From contig QPMI01000484.1 of assembly GCA_004431415.1 (NCBI GenBank), positions 186,001-250,000 of the forward strand: a DNA stretch of 64,000 nt, given 5' to 3'. This document shows positions 39,823 through 52,426 of this stretch, in pieces. Both the position numbers and the translations under genes were made by a program. Below the pieces are notes generated by a model that was given only the letters and a program-made list of their open reading frames with translations, ran no database searches and had not been told where the DNA came from. Each line of letters starts with the position of its first letter. The first letter of the stretch is position 1. The stretch is from Cyanophora paradoxa CCMP329 (taxonomy: Eukaryota > Plantae > Glaucophyta).

Positions 39823-40423
39823 TTCGTGTGGCGCACAAGCAGGCCTAGTGAGCGAGAATCCGTAAGGCTGCGGCCCTGGCTGCGGCTGTGTCCGACTGCC
39901 GCATTTGCATGCGCAGTCCGCGCGCGCGGCTGCAAGCGCCGGACCAGCCTGGCAGCTCGCCGACCAACTGCCTTATACTGCCAGTGCGGCTGCGGCCGCG
40001 GCTACCGAAGCGCTGCGGCAGTGCGCTGCGTCGCGCATGCATGCGCAAGCTGCGGCATGACGCTCTAGAGGCCGGGGGGGGGGGGGGGGCGGGGGGGGGA
40101 CGGTCCAAAGTTCTATATTTAGACGTACATGCAGATCCCAATTGCAATTCGTTATAAGCCCGGTCCCCAGCCCAATATATATATGCATGCGTATATGCAC
40201 ATACCTTTGCCGTACCCACCATAGCTACCTCGCGGCCCTCCTCGCTGCTGCAGCGCCGGCTAGCTGCGCACTGGCATGACTAGTACTGCGCGTACGTATA
40301 CGTAGTATACCGATCGCGCGATGATCATGACCAGGCCAAGGCCTGCAGCAGCTGACGTTGTCCGGCAAGCGGGTCCTGCTGTCTGGCCGCCTCTCGCTCG
40401 CTAGGCCTGTTTGTTCCAGACCG
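39823..40423. promoter_or_regulatory. Putative bidirectional promoter between the divergent cyclase-STAND paralogues
   Basis: ~600-bp unique spacer between ATG 39822(-) and ATG 40424(+), with a TA-rich, palindrome-rich core at 40100-40330. Confidence 0.5.
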
Positions 40424-43400
40424 ATGCCGAGGCCTGGAGTGGTCCCGGGCCAAGGCGGCGGTCCAGCCGCAGCAGCGACAGCGGCCGGCGCCGGCGCTGC
40501 AGCGGCTGCACGACACAACCTGCAATCGCTCGGGCGGAGCAGTTCTGACAGCGACGCGGGACCTGCAAATGCCGCGATTGCAATACTTTCGCGGAAAGAC
40601 CTTGCAACGCCCTCATCAACGGGCGAGAGCGCTAGCATGCGCAGCAGCGCTAGCCGGAAAGTGCTTGCGAAGTCACCATCGATGGTCGGGGACAGCCGCG
40701 GGGGCAACTGCGTGAACCTCGAACTCGCGTCCAAGACCCACGCGCAGCAGGAGCGATCAGCGGCGCTGCCGTACGTGCCGGCGTCGCTCCTGGCGCGGAG
40801 CCTCCCCGCGCTCGGCGAGCTGCAGGGCGGCGCCCGCTCCGCCATCGCGTCGGAGCGCGGCGCGGCCCTCTTCGTCGACGTCGCCGGCTTCTCGCAGCTC
40901 GCGCGCTCCCTCGCCCGCTCCGACGCCGCCCACGGCGCGGAGAAGGTGCGGCCCCGCGCACGGCGCTGCCGCCCGGACCCGCGCGAAGGCTGACGGAGCA
41001 CGCGCGCGCGCGCAGCTGACGTCGCAGCTGAACCTCTTCCTGCAGCAGCTCATCTCGCGGCTGCACGCGCGCGGGGCGGAGGTGCTGCTCTTCCTCGGGG
41101 ACGCGCTGGTGGCGTTCGTGCCAGCGGCGGCGGCGGGCGGCGCGGCGGCGCTGCGCGACGCGGCGCGGCTCGCCGTCGAGGCCGCCCTCGACGTCCGCGG
41201 CATCGCCTTCGAGCGCGCCGGCGTCGCCCTCCGCTCCCACACCGGCTGCGGTCCGCCCCGCCCCGCCCGCCCCGCCCCGCCCGCCCCGCCCCGCCCCGCC
41301 CCGCCGGCGCCGACGCGGGCGCAGGGGCCGGCGAGCTGCAGACGTACCTCGTGCGGGCGGGCGAGCGGGCGGGCCAGCTGCTCTTTGCCGGCGACCTCGT
41401 CGCCCAGGCGCGCCGCCCCTCAGATCTGATCTGATCCGATCCGATCTGAGCTGAGCGGGGCGGCGCGCAGGTGGCGGCGGCGCAGCGGGCGAGCAAGGAC
41501 GAGGAGATCGTCGTCTCCGCGGAGATGTACGCCCTGCTGGAGGGGTACGACGCGGAGCCCGTCCCGCCCGTCGCCGGCCGATCCCTCTACCGCCTCTCCA
41601 TCCCGCACGGCAAGCCCGATCGCGAATCTTCTCCTCGATGCCGCTCGCCGCCTCGGCGGACGCCCCTCCCGGCGGCGGCGGCGGCGCCCCGGCCGGGGGC
41701 GTGTGCGGCTGCGGGGCGCCGCTGCGGGCCTCGACGGAGGCCGACGCGGCGGCCCTCGCGCCCTTCGCCGGCGAGCTCCTCTCCCTCGCACCCGGTGCCC
41801 GCCGCACGCGCCGCGCCGCGCCGCGGGGCGCCGCGCCGGCCTCACGCGGGCGGGCCCGCAGCGGCCGGGGCGGGGCGGGGCGCCAGCTTCTTCGGCGACG
41901 ACATCCGCCGCATCGTCGTCCTCTTCGGTCCGCGCGCCGCCCCAGCGCGCCCGTCCCGGCCCCGGCCCGTCTGTGGACTTGGGTGACGAGTCCGTACCCC
42001 GCGCAGCGTCGTTCCCCGAGCTGGACCTGGCGGTCGCGGCCGGCGAGGGGAAGCACAGCGGGCGCTCCGCGCGGCACGCGGCGCGCTTCGCTCAGGTCGT
42101 GCGCTCCGTGCACCGGGCGACGGCCGAGTACGAGGGCAGCGTCAACAAGATCGTCATGTGCGCATGCGCCCTTTCCCGCCACCCCCCTGCCCCCCTCCCC
42201 CCCCCTCCCCCCCGCCCCCCCTTTATCCCTCCCCATCCCAACCCTCCTTGCCCATCCCGCTTTCCCTCCCCCCCTCTCTTGCCCCAGTACGTTACCCCCA
42301 CTTGCCCATCCCGCTTCCCCCCTCCCCCCATTCACGCAATCCCCCTATCCCCCCTCCCATTCCTTCCTCTACCCCCCCTCCCCCCCCCGGCCCCTGACGC
42401 CCTTCGGGCAGCGACGACAAGGGGGCGAGCGCGCTGCTCGCGTTCGGGATCAACCAGCACAGCCACGAGGACGACGACGGCGCGCCCTTGGCTCTAGCTT
42501 CTCGCCCTGCGCTCTCTGCGGCGCCGCCGGCGCTGATCGACGCGGCCGGCGGGCAGAGCGGGCGGTGCGGCTGGCGCTGGCGCTCCAGGAGTGGTTCGCC
42601 GCCTCCTCCGCCCCCTTCGCCTGCGGCGTGCGCCACGCCCCCGCCCCGCTCGCCTCCCCTCTGCCGCCCCGACCGTCGGGCGGGGTGGGGCGCAGGTGGC
42701 GGCTGGGCGGTCCTTCTGCGGGAGCCTCGGCGCGCCGTGCAGGAAGGAGTACGCCGTGATCGGCGATTGCGTAGTGCGGGCGCCCCGGGCCCGCCCCGTC
42801 CCTCGCCCGCCGCCGAGCCTCGGAGCGCAGATCATCGCCGCGCGCCTCATGAGCGCCGCGCGGGAGGCGGTCGCCGCGGAGCGGGACCCGGGCCCGGCCG
42901 CGGCGCAGCAGCGGGTCTTCTGCGACGCCAGCGTCGTGGCCGCCATCAAGGACCGCGGCAGGCCGTCGGTTCGAATCCCGACGGCCCCGGATTTGGCTTG
43001 CGCTGAGCGCTCGCGATCGCAGGGCCTCTCGTTCGCGGGCCTGCCGCCGGTGCTCGCTAAAGGCTTCCAAGACCCGCTCCACGCGTACAGCCCGTCGCGC
43101 AGCGATCAGCATCCCGCGCGAAACGCGGAGAGGCGAGTCGAGCATGCTCCGCGTGCTCTGCGCCTCTCTGGACCTGTTCACGAGGCCTTTAGGCGCTCAC
43201 TTGCGCTTCGCCTCGCAGGCCGCTCGCCACGGATCGAGAAGGGGCAGGAGATCCGGATGGGGTACGCTGTTTCCTTCGTCGCCTCGACTGCAAATCCAAG
43301 GCTCATTCGAACGCAGCCGGAGGCAATCGGAGGCCTAGGATTACTGGGAGCGGCCTCGGACGACCCGGTGACTCCCTCGGGGAACGGTGGTCGGAGGGCG

Positions 43401-46400
43401 CCGCACGCCTGCGTCGGACGGTGCGCCCTCGCGCGCGCGCGGGCCCGTGTCGATATGCGAACTTCCGACTGAATTTCCGACGCAGCGGGGAGGAGCTGGG
43501 GCGGGCGCTGGCGGCTGTGGATCGCCTCTGCGCCGAGGGCGAGGGCGGCACGGTCGTCATCGAAGGCCCCGCCGGCGCGCGCGCGCCCCCAATCGCTCTG
43601 CTTTGCCGGAGCGTCTGCCGAGCGCCGCTGCGGCGCGCAGGGTACGGCAAGTCGCGGCTGCTGCAGGAGGTGACGCGGGAGTGCGCGGCGCGGGGCGTCC
43701 GCGTCCTGCGCGCCGACGCCACGGCCGTCGAGGTCCGCCGGGGCCGCCGCCGCCCGGCCCGCTGCGCCCCGCCCGCCGCCGCCGCCGGCGCCGACCGACG
43801 CCGACGGCGGGGCAGGAGTCGACGCCGCTGTGGGGCCTGCGGGGCCTCCTCGCGTCCGTGGCCGACGTGTCGAGCGGGGAGGCGCTACGGAGGGACCTCG
43901 CCGGCCGCGGCCTCGCCAGCGCCGCCGACGCCAAGCTCTTCTGGGACTGCCTCTTCGGCGCCTTCGGTGCGCCCCGTTTCTCGCGTCGTCGATCCCGAGC
44001 CGAGCCGCCGCCGCCGCCAACGCGGCCGCGTCGGGGTCGCCAGCGAGCGGCGCGGGGCCGGCCGCGAGCATCGACGGCAAGGCTGCTTCGGTTCAGATGT
44101 CCTTCAGGGTCCGGAACAAGCTGCCTCTGTACGGCCCGCTTCCCTTCTTCGGCGCGGGGTCGGTCGCCCGCCTGTCCAACGCGTTCTCGCGGTGAGCTGC
44201 AGCCCCCCGGCCCGCCCCCGCTCGCAAACTCCATCGTGCATCTCGTTTCGCGAACTCTGCGGCTCGAAGGCTTGTTCTGGCTTTGGAGCAAGGAGGAACC
44301 TCGTCAGCGGTTGGTGCCGAGCGTGAGCCCGTTGACACTGCGGAGCCTGCACCGCTAGCTGTAGCTGTCGCGCACCCCGCACCCGCCAAGCGCGTCGCCA
44401 TAGTGCTCGAGGTTCGCGTCGTGCTGCCGCATCTCTATCTGGTCCACTAACCGCCGTCGCCGTCCGCCGCGCAGGACGCCCACTGGTCCGTTTGTTTGAT
44501 CACGGGAACCCCGCGTCCCCGCCTCTGTGCTGTCTAAGGATGCTTCTCGCAGGCTGGACTCGGCGAGCTGGTTCGTGGTGCGCTGCGTGCGCGACACCGT
44601 CCGCTCGGCGCTGCTCGTCATCGCGTCGCGGCCCATGCCGCCTGCCTCCGTCCCCCGCGACTACCTCATCCTATCAGGGCAGGTGCGATCGTATTAGCGC
44701 TGCTTGCGTTTGTTGGGCCTCGGCACTGAACGGGACGGGTACAGCTGGACGACACGGCGGTCCATCTTACGGGCGGCGGAGGCGGGGAGGAAGGGCCGAG
44801 GCTGCCTCTAGCCGCAGCAGCCAGCAACGGCAGCCCTCAGAGAATTATGGACGATGGCGAGCAGCCGGTCCGGATGAAGGCGGCCGCTCTCCCAAGCGCG
44901 GGCTCGGGCCGCGAGGACAACGCCATCGGACACGCGTACGGAGCCAGGAGGCCATCCAGAGCTAGAACGCCGACCGAATCCAGAATGCAAAGCGAGCAGG
45001 CGGCGCAGATGATGAAAGAGGGAACCGGTATGGCCACTCTCTCGCTGCAGCTGGGCTCGGATCGGTTGGAAGAGGGCGGCGATGGGGTCGGATCCGGGGC
45101 AAGAACGCCATCCGGGCGCACAGCGTCAACCGGTCCCAAGACTCCAACCGGGCGCAAAGCGTCAACCGGACGCAAAACGCCAACCGGGTCCAAAACGCCA
45201 ACTGGAACCGAAACGCCACCCGAGGCCAAACTGCCATCTCCCTCAATGCCCAAGCTCGACCCGATCTTCCACGACGGGATGCTCCCGCCCCTTCGCCACC
45301 CCGTGCAGGCGCGCCCGCTGCTGCCTCCGCCCCGCCCCGCCCCGCCCGGCCCTCGCTTCCACTCGCTGCGCCCCGCCCGGCCTCAACCGTCCCCACAGGT
45401 CTCCCTCATCCGCCTCGGGCCCCTCCCGCCCGACGCGGCTCGCGCCCTCTTCCTCGTGCGCCCCCTCAGCTCAGATCAGATCGGATCAGATCTGACCTGA
45501 CGCCGCTCGCGCAGAGCCTCGCGGAGCGCATGTCCGTGCGGCTCCCGCCGGTGCGCGCGCGCCCTCCCTCGCCCCAGCGCGCCGCTGCTCCGGATCCGTC
45601 GCCAATGCCGGTGGCGGCAGGCGGCGGCGGAGTCGGTGCTGGCGAAGGCGGCCGGCGTGCCTCTCTTTCTCGTCGAGCTCTGCCGCCACTCCCTCGCCGG
45701 CCCCGCCGCCCCCGACTTCGTCGTCCCGGACTCCATCCAGGTACCCCCCCCCCCCCCCCCCGCCCCGCCTGATCGCAACGCGGCGCGCAGCAAATCGTGC
45801 TGGCGAGGACGGACCGGCTGCCGGCGCGCGCGCAGGCGGTGCTGAAGGTGGCCGCCACGCTGGGCTCGGGCTTCACGGCCGAGTCCGTGTGGGCCGTCGC
45901 GGGCGGCGCCAGCAGCCCCGAGCGCGTCCGCCGCGCCTTCCGCACCCTCCGCGCCGCCAACCTCATCCTGGTGCCTATCGCAGCCGCTCGCCGCGCCTCC
46001 GCGCGTTTGTTGACGGCGGCGGCAGGAGCGGGAGGGGGGCCCGGCGCCGCCCAAAGAGATCGAAGACCTCGACGAGGGGGACGAGGACGACGAGGAGGAC
46101 GGGGGACAGCCGGCGGCGGCCTGGCCCCCGCTGGACCTGCCCTTCTCGTTCTTTCACGCCCTCACGCGGGTCCGCACGCGCTCCTTTGTGAATGTAGGTG
46201 CTTTAGCTAAACGGGCGGGCTCGGCGGCAGGACGCGGTGTACAACGCGATGCTGAGGACGCAGCGGCGGGAGCTGCACGCGGCCGCCGGCCGCTGGCTCG
46301 AGGCGCGCTCCAAAGACGACGGCCACGACCTCGCCGCCCTCGCGTGCGCCCTGGCCCCGCCCTGCGCGCCCCCAATTTCCACATTTCCGACGAGCCGCGC

Positions 46401-49400
46401 GCGGCCGGTGCGCGTGTGCAGGATGCACTACCGGCTCGGCGGGATGCCGGAGAAGGCGCTGGGGTACCTCGTGCGCGCCGCCGAGCACGCGATGGCCACC
46501 AACGCACTGGCCGAGGCCGGTGCGCGAATTTCCCTCGAATTTCCGCCCGCCCCGCCCGCCCGCCCGCCCACGCGCTTCGGCAGCGCGGCTCAACGCGGAG
46601 GTCGTGGAGGCGATCGACGGGCTGGGGCTGGCGGGGCCCGACGCGCCGCCCGTGCCCCGGGCCGCCCGCGCGGAGGCCGAGGCCCCCGCCGGCCGCCGTC
46701 CAAGCGAAGTCGACCCCTCCGCGACGCCGGGCGGCCCCGGCAAGCAGGCGGCGTGGGCTGTCGTGCGTGGTTGCGCCCTTCGAAGCTGGGCCCTTGTGTG
46801 CTACTACGAGGGCAAGTTCCAAGCCGCCCAGGAGCTCGCCGTGCGCTGTACCCCCCTCGAGCCTGCCGCTTCTTTTTTGACGTGTGGGCAGGCGGCGAGC
46901 CTGGAGACTCTTGGGGAGCCGCTCGCGCAGAACATGCGGTCGCCGCTGGCGCTCGCCCGGGCGCTGTTCAAGGTCTGGCGCCTCGGCCAGCAGAAATCCG
47001 ACGCGGCGCCCCCGACGAAAGCTGCCGCCGACCTCCTCGCGAGCCCGACGCTCCTCGCCCGGCGCCAGGCAATCCTCGAGTCCTCTCTAATTGTCCTCTG
47101 GTGCGAATTTGGAGCTCTCCATCTCGCCCCTTCCTTCCCGTCGCGGCGCTAACGTCGAGATCATAGCGCCGTCCTTATAAATCACTTAGTCCTAAGCTTC
47201 CTTATAAATCACTCAGTCCTAAACCCTTTTTATGTTCAGGTCGCTCTCTCGCATCGGGGCGAACCACGCGCGTTCGAAGGAGCAGCACGCTCGGCTCATC
47301 ACGCCCATATCGCGGGCGTACGAGATCAGCCTCGGCACGCCCGGCGAGGCCCTCGGTCTCGCCGACGTTCGTGTCCGCGGGAACTTCACAGGTCCGACTC
47401 TCTTGCAAAGAAAGACCTAGAGCTCTGGTTTGAGATAATTGAAGTCTTCTATGTCCTACTCTTCAACGAGAGTCTTGAAGACCATCTAATTTATAATTAT
47501 AACCCGTCTAACCCATCTACCTACGCTGCTGCATCGACCTTCGCTATCTGAGATCGCCTGACTCGTATGGATACTATTACTCCAGTGATGCTGGACGCGA
47601 TACGATACTATTCTGCCGATTCTTAGCTTTAATTTTAGTAGTTCTTAGCTAATCTGAGCCTTCTATTTATTTATGCAGTGATGCTGGACGCGCTGGGAGG
47701 CCGCGGGCGGGCGCGCGCCCTCCTCGACGGGGTCGGGGCGCTGGCGGAGCGGCTCGGCGGCGGCCTCGCGAGCATGTCCGTGTGCCACCAGCGCGGCATG
47801 CAGCTCTGCCGCGAGGGCCGGTGCGCCTTGTAGAACTGCCAGCTGCCCAAATAAACCGCCGCCTCTTGCAAGCACATATCGCCGCTCCTTGCACATAAGT
47901 ATCATATCGACCGTAGACACAACACATTCGACCCCGGCCCAGCCCGCGCCGGCTCGCCCCTAGCTGCGCCTCACCGCTCACCTTCGACTATGGCCAGGTT
48001 CACGGAGGGCGTGGAGGCGTTTGCACGGACGGTGGGGCTCGGAGGGGACCACCCCGACAACCTCAACAACCGCTCTTCCCTCGGCCTTGCCCTCCTCCTC
48101 ACGGTCCCCGAACCCGAAGGCTTAAACTTCGACCTCGATTTCAGCGCTGAGTTTTCAGCGCAGGGCAACCTCGCGGCGTCGGAGCGCACGTACGAGGAGG
48201 CCGCCACCTTCAACTCGCGCCTCGGCCTCTCCGAGACCTGTGCGCCCAGTGCAATTTTCGCAAGCCGCGACATGAATGTCTAGACATATTCTATCTATCT
48301 ATCTATCTATCTATCGATCGATCGATCGATCGATCTATCTATCTATCGCCTCTCCGAGACCTGTCCGCCCCGCCTCCGCCCCCGATACGGAGCCGCCGCG
48401 GCCTCTGATTCTTGACACGTGCGCGCAGTTGTGGCGACGTGCACCGCGGTCAAGTGCCTCGCGGCGCTCCTGCAGGGCCACTAAGACCGGGCCGACGCCC
48501 TCTTCCAGCGCTCCCGCGCCGTGCGCCCCTTCAGTTACTTCAAAGTCCAGCCTTGACTTTAATCATGAGAGTTCTGACTCTGAACTTTCCCCGTCTCAGA
48601 CTCTGTCCGAGGAGCGCATCGGCCGCGCGTGGTACATGCAGACCACCGGACTGGCCGGCGCCGTGCGTTCGCTTCGTTTCATGCGCGCGCGCCGCGCCGC
48701 GCGCGGAATTCATTCTAAACGCAACTATATATGAGGGCCATTATATGAGATAGGTGCTGGCGTGGCGCGCCGGGGACACTCTTCCATTACTATTAGACAA
48801 TACTATAAGATTACCATTACTATACAGGCAACCTATACGGTGCAACCTACTATACTACTACTAACTGATTGCTATCTCTCTCTGTAGGTGCTGGCGTGGC
48901 ACGCCGGGGACGCCCTCGCCGCCCTCCGCTTCTTCGAGGGGGCAGCCGCCTTCCTCGCCAACGAGATGCGGACCCTCCTCTGGCACCGGATCCGTGAGCT
49001 CTGATTTCGAACTTCCTGTCTAAGCTTCCTGTTCCAACTACGATTCCATGATCTAAATTTAGCTAGCTATAGTTCCCTCGCCTCCATCCTACCTCTGGCA
49101 CCGGATCCGTGAGCTCTACTCTCCCTCTGTCTTCTAGATCTTCTAGCTTCCTATGCCTGTCTAAAGATCTATCTATCTCTTAGCTTCTATGATCTAACTA
49201 ACCAACATAATCTAACTAATGAGCTTGAATCTAACTAAATTAAATATCTATCTATGATCTCTAAGCTAGTTCCTCTGGCACCGAATCCGTGAGCTTCGAA
49301 TTAGAATTTCTTTCTATGTCTTCCTTCGAGCCTAAAGCTTGTCTAAATTAAAGCTTCCTTGATTTGAATTTGCAGTCTTCCCCCTCGCTGTCTTCCTTCA

Positions 49401-50193
49401 GGCTTTTCGCCGACTGACCCCGGCGCCCCGCGCGCGCGCGCGCGCGCGCTGCGGCAGTCCTCCCGATCCTCCTGAGTGACTTCGCTCTAACTAACTTATC
49501 TATTTATGATCCAACTGACTAATCTTTCTAACTAACTATTTATATATGATCTAAGTAGCTAATCTAATCTAACTATCTAACTCATCCCCGGCAGTCCTCC
49601 CGATCCTCCTCTGTGACTTCGCTCTGTGGTGGCTGGACAGCGCCCGCGCGGCGGAGGCGGAGGCGGAGGCGGGGGCGGGGGCGGGCCGCGCCCGACGCCC
49701 CGCCCCGCCCGCCGGCCTCTGGGGCCGCCTCTGCGGCCGCTCGCGTGCACGTGGCGGCCCTCGCGTGGACCCCTGGCAGCTCGACCCGGCGGCGCCTGCG
49801 CCGGCGCCGGCGCCGGCGCTCCCCGCGGAGCTGTCGGACGTGCGGCGGGCCGAGGCGTTCGCCCGGCGGGCGGCCGCGCTGCTCTCCGAAGCCTCCCGGC
49901 GGCGCCTGTCCGCTCTGGCGCCCTTTGTGGAGCTGGCGGCCGCGCACCTCGGCCGCCCGGGCCGCCGCGCCGGGCGGCTTCGGGCGGCGAGGGACGCGTT
50001 CGGGCGGAGCGGTCTGCGGCCGTGGGAGGCGGCGGCGGGCCTGCAGCTCGCCCGCTGGGCCGGCGACGCGGCGGAGGCGGCGGCGGCGTCGGAGGCGGCC
50101 GCCCGCGTGGCGCGCGAGGCCGGCCTCCGCGCCCCGCTCGCCGCGGGAGAAAGTGGCCCTTCGCCGGCCGCGGTCGTCTCACTCTGGGTCTAG
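40424..50193 (+). CDS. Soluble-adenylyl-cyclase-like STAND protein copy B; in-frame TAA in the TPR region
   Basis: Same exon set and motifs as copy A in inverted orientation. TAA at 48482-48484 where copy A has CAC (LLQGHHDRAD). Confidence 0.88.
45096..45221 (+). repeat. Coding 18-bp repeat, 7 copies (GARTPS GRTAST GPKTPT GRKAST GRKTPT GSKTPT GTETPP)
   Basis: Seven 18-nt units read directly; absent from the matching region of copy A. Confidence 0.85.
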
Positions 50194-52426
50194 CCCGCCC
50201 GAGGAGGCATTACGCCATTATCAATATATATGTATCCGGTTTGAATGCATCTGGAGGAATACTACTATTATGTAATCCTATGAATCTGCTCTGGCTCGGC
50301 TATGTTCAGCAAGCTTAAGCTCAATATATATAGGGGAGAGAGAAGCCGGCGTCGGCCCCAGCGCCAGCTGCATCGCTGCATTGCCCGCCGCTGCGGAATT
50401 CGAACCCGTGCAGGTAGCGCTAGCCTAGTAGCGCTGTGGGCGACGTCGACTTGATACACCAAAATTAAAGCCGCGCATGCAGCTGCGCATGCACGGCGCA
50501 TGTTAACGTTGAAGCTTAAGTATCAATCAACATGCATCGCGGCGGCTGCAGGCGATCTCACAATCGACGACAGCGCGCGCCCGTGAGGTGCAAGGTGCGA
50601 GCCTCGGGGGTGCCCCGCCGCTTCGAATTCTTGAACGGAAGCACGCCTAGCGCCTCCGCCACACCCGCGATCGCGAGGGATCCAAATCTAGATTGAGATC
50701 CCTCATTTCCTTCATCATTTCCTTGGCCTTGGCTGTAGCTAAGAAGCTAAGAATGCTAGCTAATTGTTGTCGGCCGTGATATGGCCATGGGTCGCTCATC
50801 AAAATGCCCATGATGGCCCAATGGGAGGTTTTTCACCAGAGGGGCCCATCTATATCTATATAATTAACTACTAGGCTTAGGCTTGATCTAGAAACTAGAA
50901 ACAAGACTTTGTGGCCAACTGATCATGAGCACGTTTGATTTAATCATTATAATTTATGTATTCAGCGATAATCGTACGTATACAGTAGTTCTGAGCGAGC
51001 GAAACTGGAACGAAAGTGGGCGATCCTGAGGACGCGTGAATACAAATGCGCAAGATCTGCGTATATATTTATTCTAGAGCCTCGGAGTGATCCGAGGCCT
51101 AGGCGCCAACATTAATAAATATATTGGGGAAGGGAAAATCACTTCCCCTGTCCCTGTCCCTCGGGCCCAACCCTACCCCAAATCCCATTTCCCCGACCTC
51201 CGCAAAACCCGGGCCGCGCGGTATATCCTGAAAGCCCATCACAAGGGGATCCCGAAACCATGTCTCCCGGTCCCGTCCGACCAAAGGGTGATCCAGGAAC
51301 AGGCACCAACACCCGGGACAAAAACGGGTCCAGCAACGCACAGGGAGCAGATGTACGAGTCAGACCAGTTCGAGGTTGTTGCCCGTATCATGCCCGACAT
51401 TCCGTTCTGCGGGAGCGAGGCCGGGCGCGTGCGCGGTCGCGTAGGAGGACGCCGCGTGCGCTAGCCAATCACATTGGAGAGTGCGTTAACTTACCCTGCG
51501 AAACCTCTTAAAGTACCCCCCGGCCGCTTTCTCCCTCCCCCCAGCGCTTCCTCTTCAGCTCGGCGCCGGCCGCGGCTCCAACTGTCACGCCTCTCTCGCG
51601 CGCGTGGCAGTTGCTCTAGCTAGCCGCGCCAGCCGCGCACACCGGCCACGCGCGCAAGCGGGCCACGCCGGCCGTGCGCTCATGGCCACGACCGGCCGTG
51701 CTAGTTGCAACAAGTCCGACGGTCGCTGCCCGCGCCCCCCCTGCCACTTCCTACACCCGCGCCGCCGGCCCCGCCCGACCGCTTTCCGAAGTTCTCGAGC
51801 TCACTCCCGCACAGCTCGCGATCCGATGATCGGATAGCGCTCTCAGCGCTTGGCAGTCTGCTGCAGCTGTACATGTCGCTAGCCGCGCGCGCCAGCCGCG
51901 CACGCCACAGCCGCTCCAACCGCGCGCGCGCATGCAGATCGCGCGCGCTTTGCCCGCGCATGCGCATGCAGATCGCGCGCGCGCGGAGGCCAGCCTCCAA
52001 GGCAATTGCAAGCCTCGGCCGCGCGCCTCCCCGAGTCAAGTGCACGTGCAGGCACATAAGGTTCGATTTGTGATCATATATATATATGCGCATGCATGAG
52101 CTCGAGCTATGGCCATCGCGGGCCGCGCCCCGGGCCCGGCGCCCGGGGCCCGCGACCTACCTCTAGCTATATAGATCTGGCCTAGCCTCGAGCTCGAGCT
52201 CGCGTAGGCCTCGAAGACAGCTCGCCTGGCATGGCCGCCTTAAATTCTGCATTTCAAGTTTCTTCCTCCAGCTCCGAGGCTCAGCGGCTTTGTTCCTTTT
52301 CCGGCCCGCCGGCCGAAGTCTCTAGATCTGCTCTCTAGCATCTAGATCTACATCTTTGGATTCGCCGAGGTTAAATTCCCTTCCCCGGACCCAACTGACG
52401 CGCACGGCAAGTCAGTGGCCCTTTAT

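Noticed and set aside
51087-51511. Small gene or ncRNA in the spacer after cyclase copy B
   Set aside because: No recognisable protein motif, splice pattern or RNA family; may be a repeat fragment but cannot be supported.
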